Position numbers and translations under genes: made by a program. From assembly GCF_964355755.1 (NCBI RefSeq), contig NC_092677.1, forward strand, positions 5,602,101 to 5,666,100: a DNA stretch of 64,000 nucleotides. Direction: 5' to 3'. This document shows positions 63,501-64,000 of the stretch, in pieces. Numbering within the stretch: the first letter of the stretch is position 1; every line of letters begins with the position of its first letter. Source of the DNA: Antedon mediterranea. Lineage: Eukaryota > Animalia > Echinodermata. The notes beneath the pieces are model-generated. The model was not told the DNA's origin. It saw only the letters and a list, made by a program, of their open reading frames with translations, and did no database searches.

Positions 63501-64000
63501 CAGACATGTTATTACATTAGGTTAAACTACCTATCTTCCTGGTTTTTATAGCAGAATTTTGCTAAATTTTGTATTTGACCATGCATAAGGGAAATTCATG
63601 TTTTTTCGTCTAAACACAGGTTTTATATTTAAAATTCATGCCTGTACCTGAGCTTTAAGACACACAGTACAAATCCTAGAAGGGGGAGGGGAGGGGCTAT
63701 GCTGGAATAGTAGCTGAACAACATACTAGCCTACCAATAAAGGGGCCTCTTGCTCTGTGTGTGTGCCACACCTTACTTCAACCAAAGCCTGGTGATTGGC
63801 TAGTGGTTATGTCATCCACATCACATCCAATCACCGGGATACATCACCACTGACTCTACTACTCTCTGGCAAACCAAAGAATATATATCACAAGAATGAG
63901 TATTCCGCGATTTTTGCATGAGAAATTTGTAACAGAGAGCTCCAGTGAGTGATGCCCGCCCTCATAAGGGTGGATGTATACATACTAAATAAGACTTGAT

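Overview
AT-rich animal genomic DNA with GT-AG introns, probably an invertebrate deuterostome (inference from gene content and repeat style). Hand-splicing gives four genes. (1) The 3' part of an FN3-TM receptor tyrosine kinase with a RET/Cad96Ca-like kinase domain (+, 3124-8762). (2) A complete BACE beta-secretase (+, 12650-22532). (3,4) Two tandem minus-strand Ig-superfamily type I receptors (35803-29325 and 60582-39920). Both receptors have signal peptide, extracellular Ig domains and a TM helix, followed on the predicted cytoplasmic side by an Ig domain split in two by an in-frame block of small exons carrying tyrosine motifs, and then further Ig domains. The larger receptor ends in a NEU2/3/4-like sialidase fold that has lost most catalytic residues. 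A pseudogenised duplicate of its sialidase exons lies at 37162-39290. Repeats include a nested PIF/Harbinger element, several MITE families, Penelope-like fragments with minimal hammerhead ribozyme motifs, and two tandem arrays. All gene models are manual and lack transcript support; the micro-exon choices are the least certain part.
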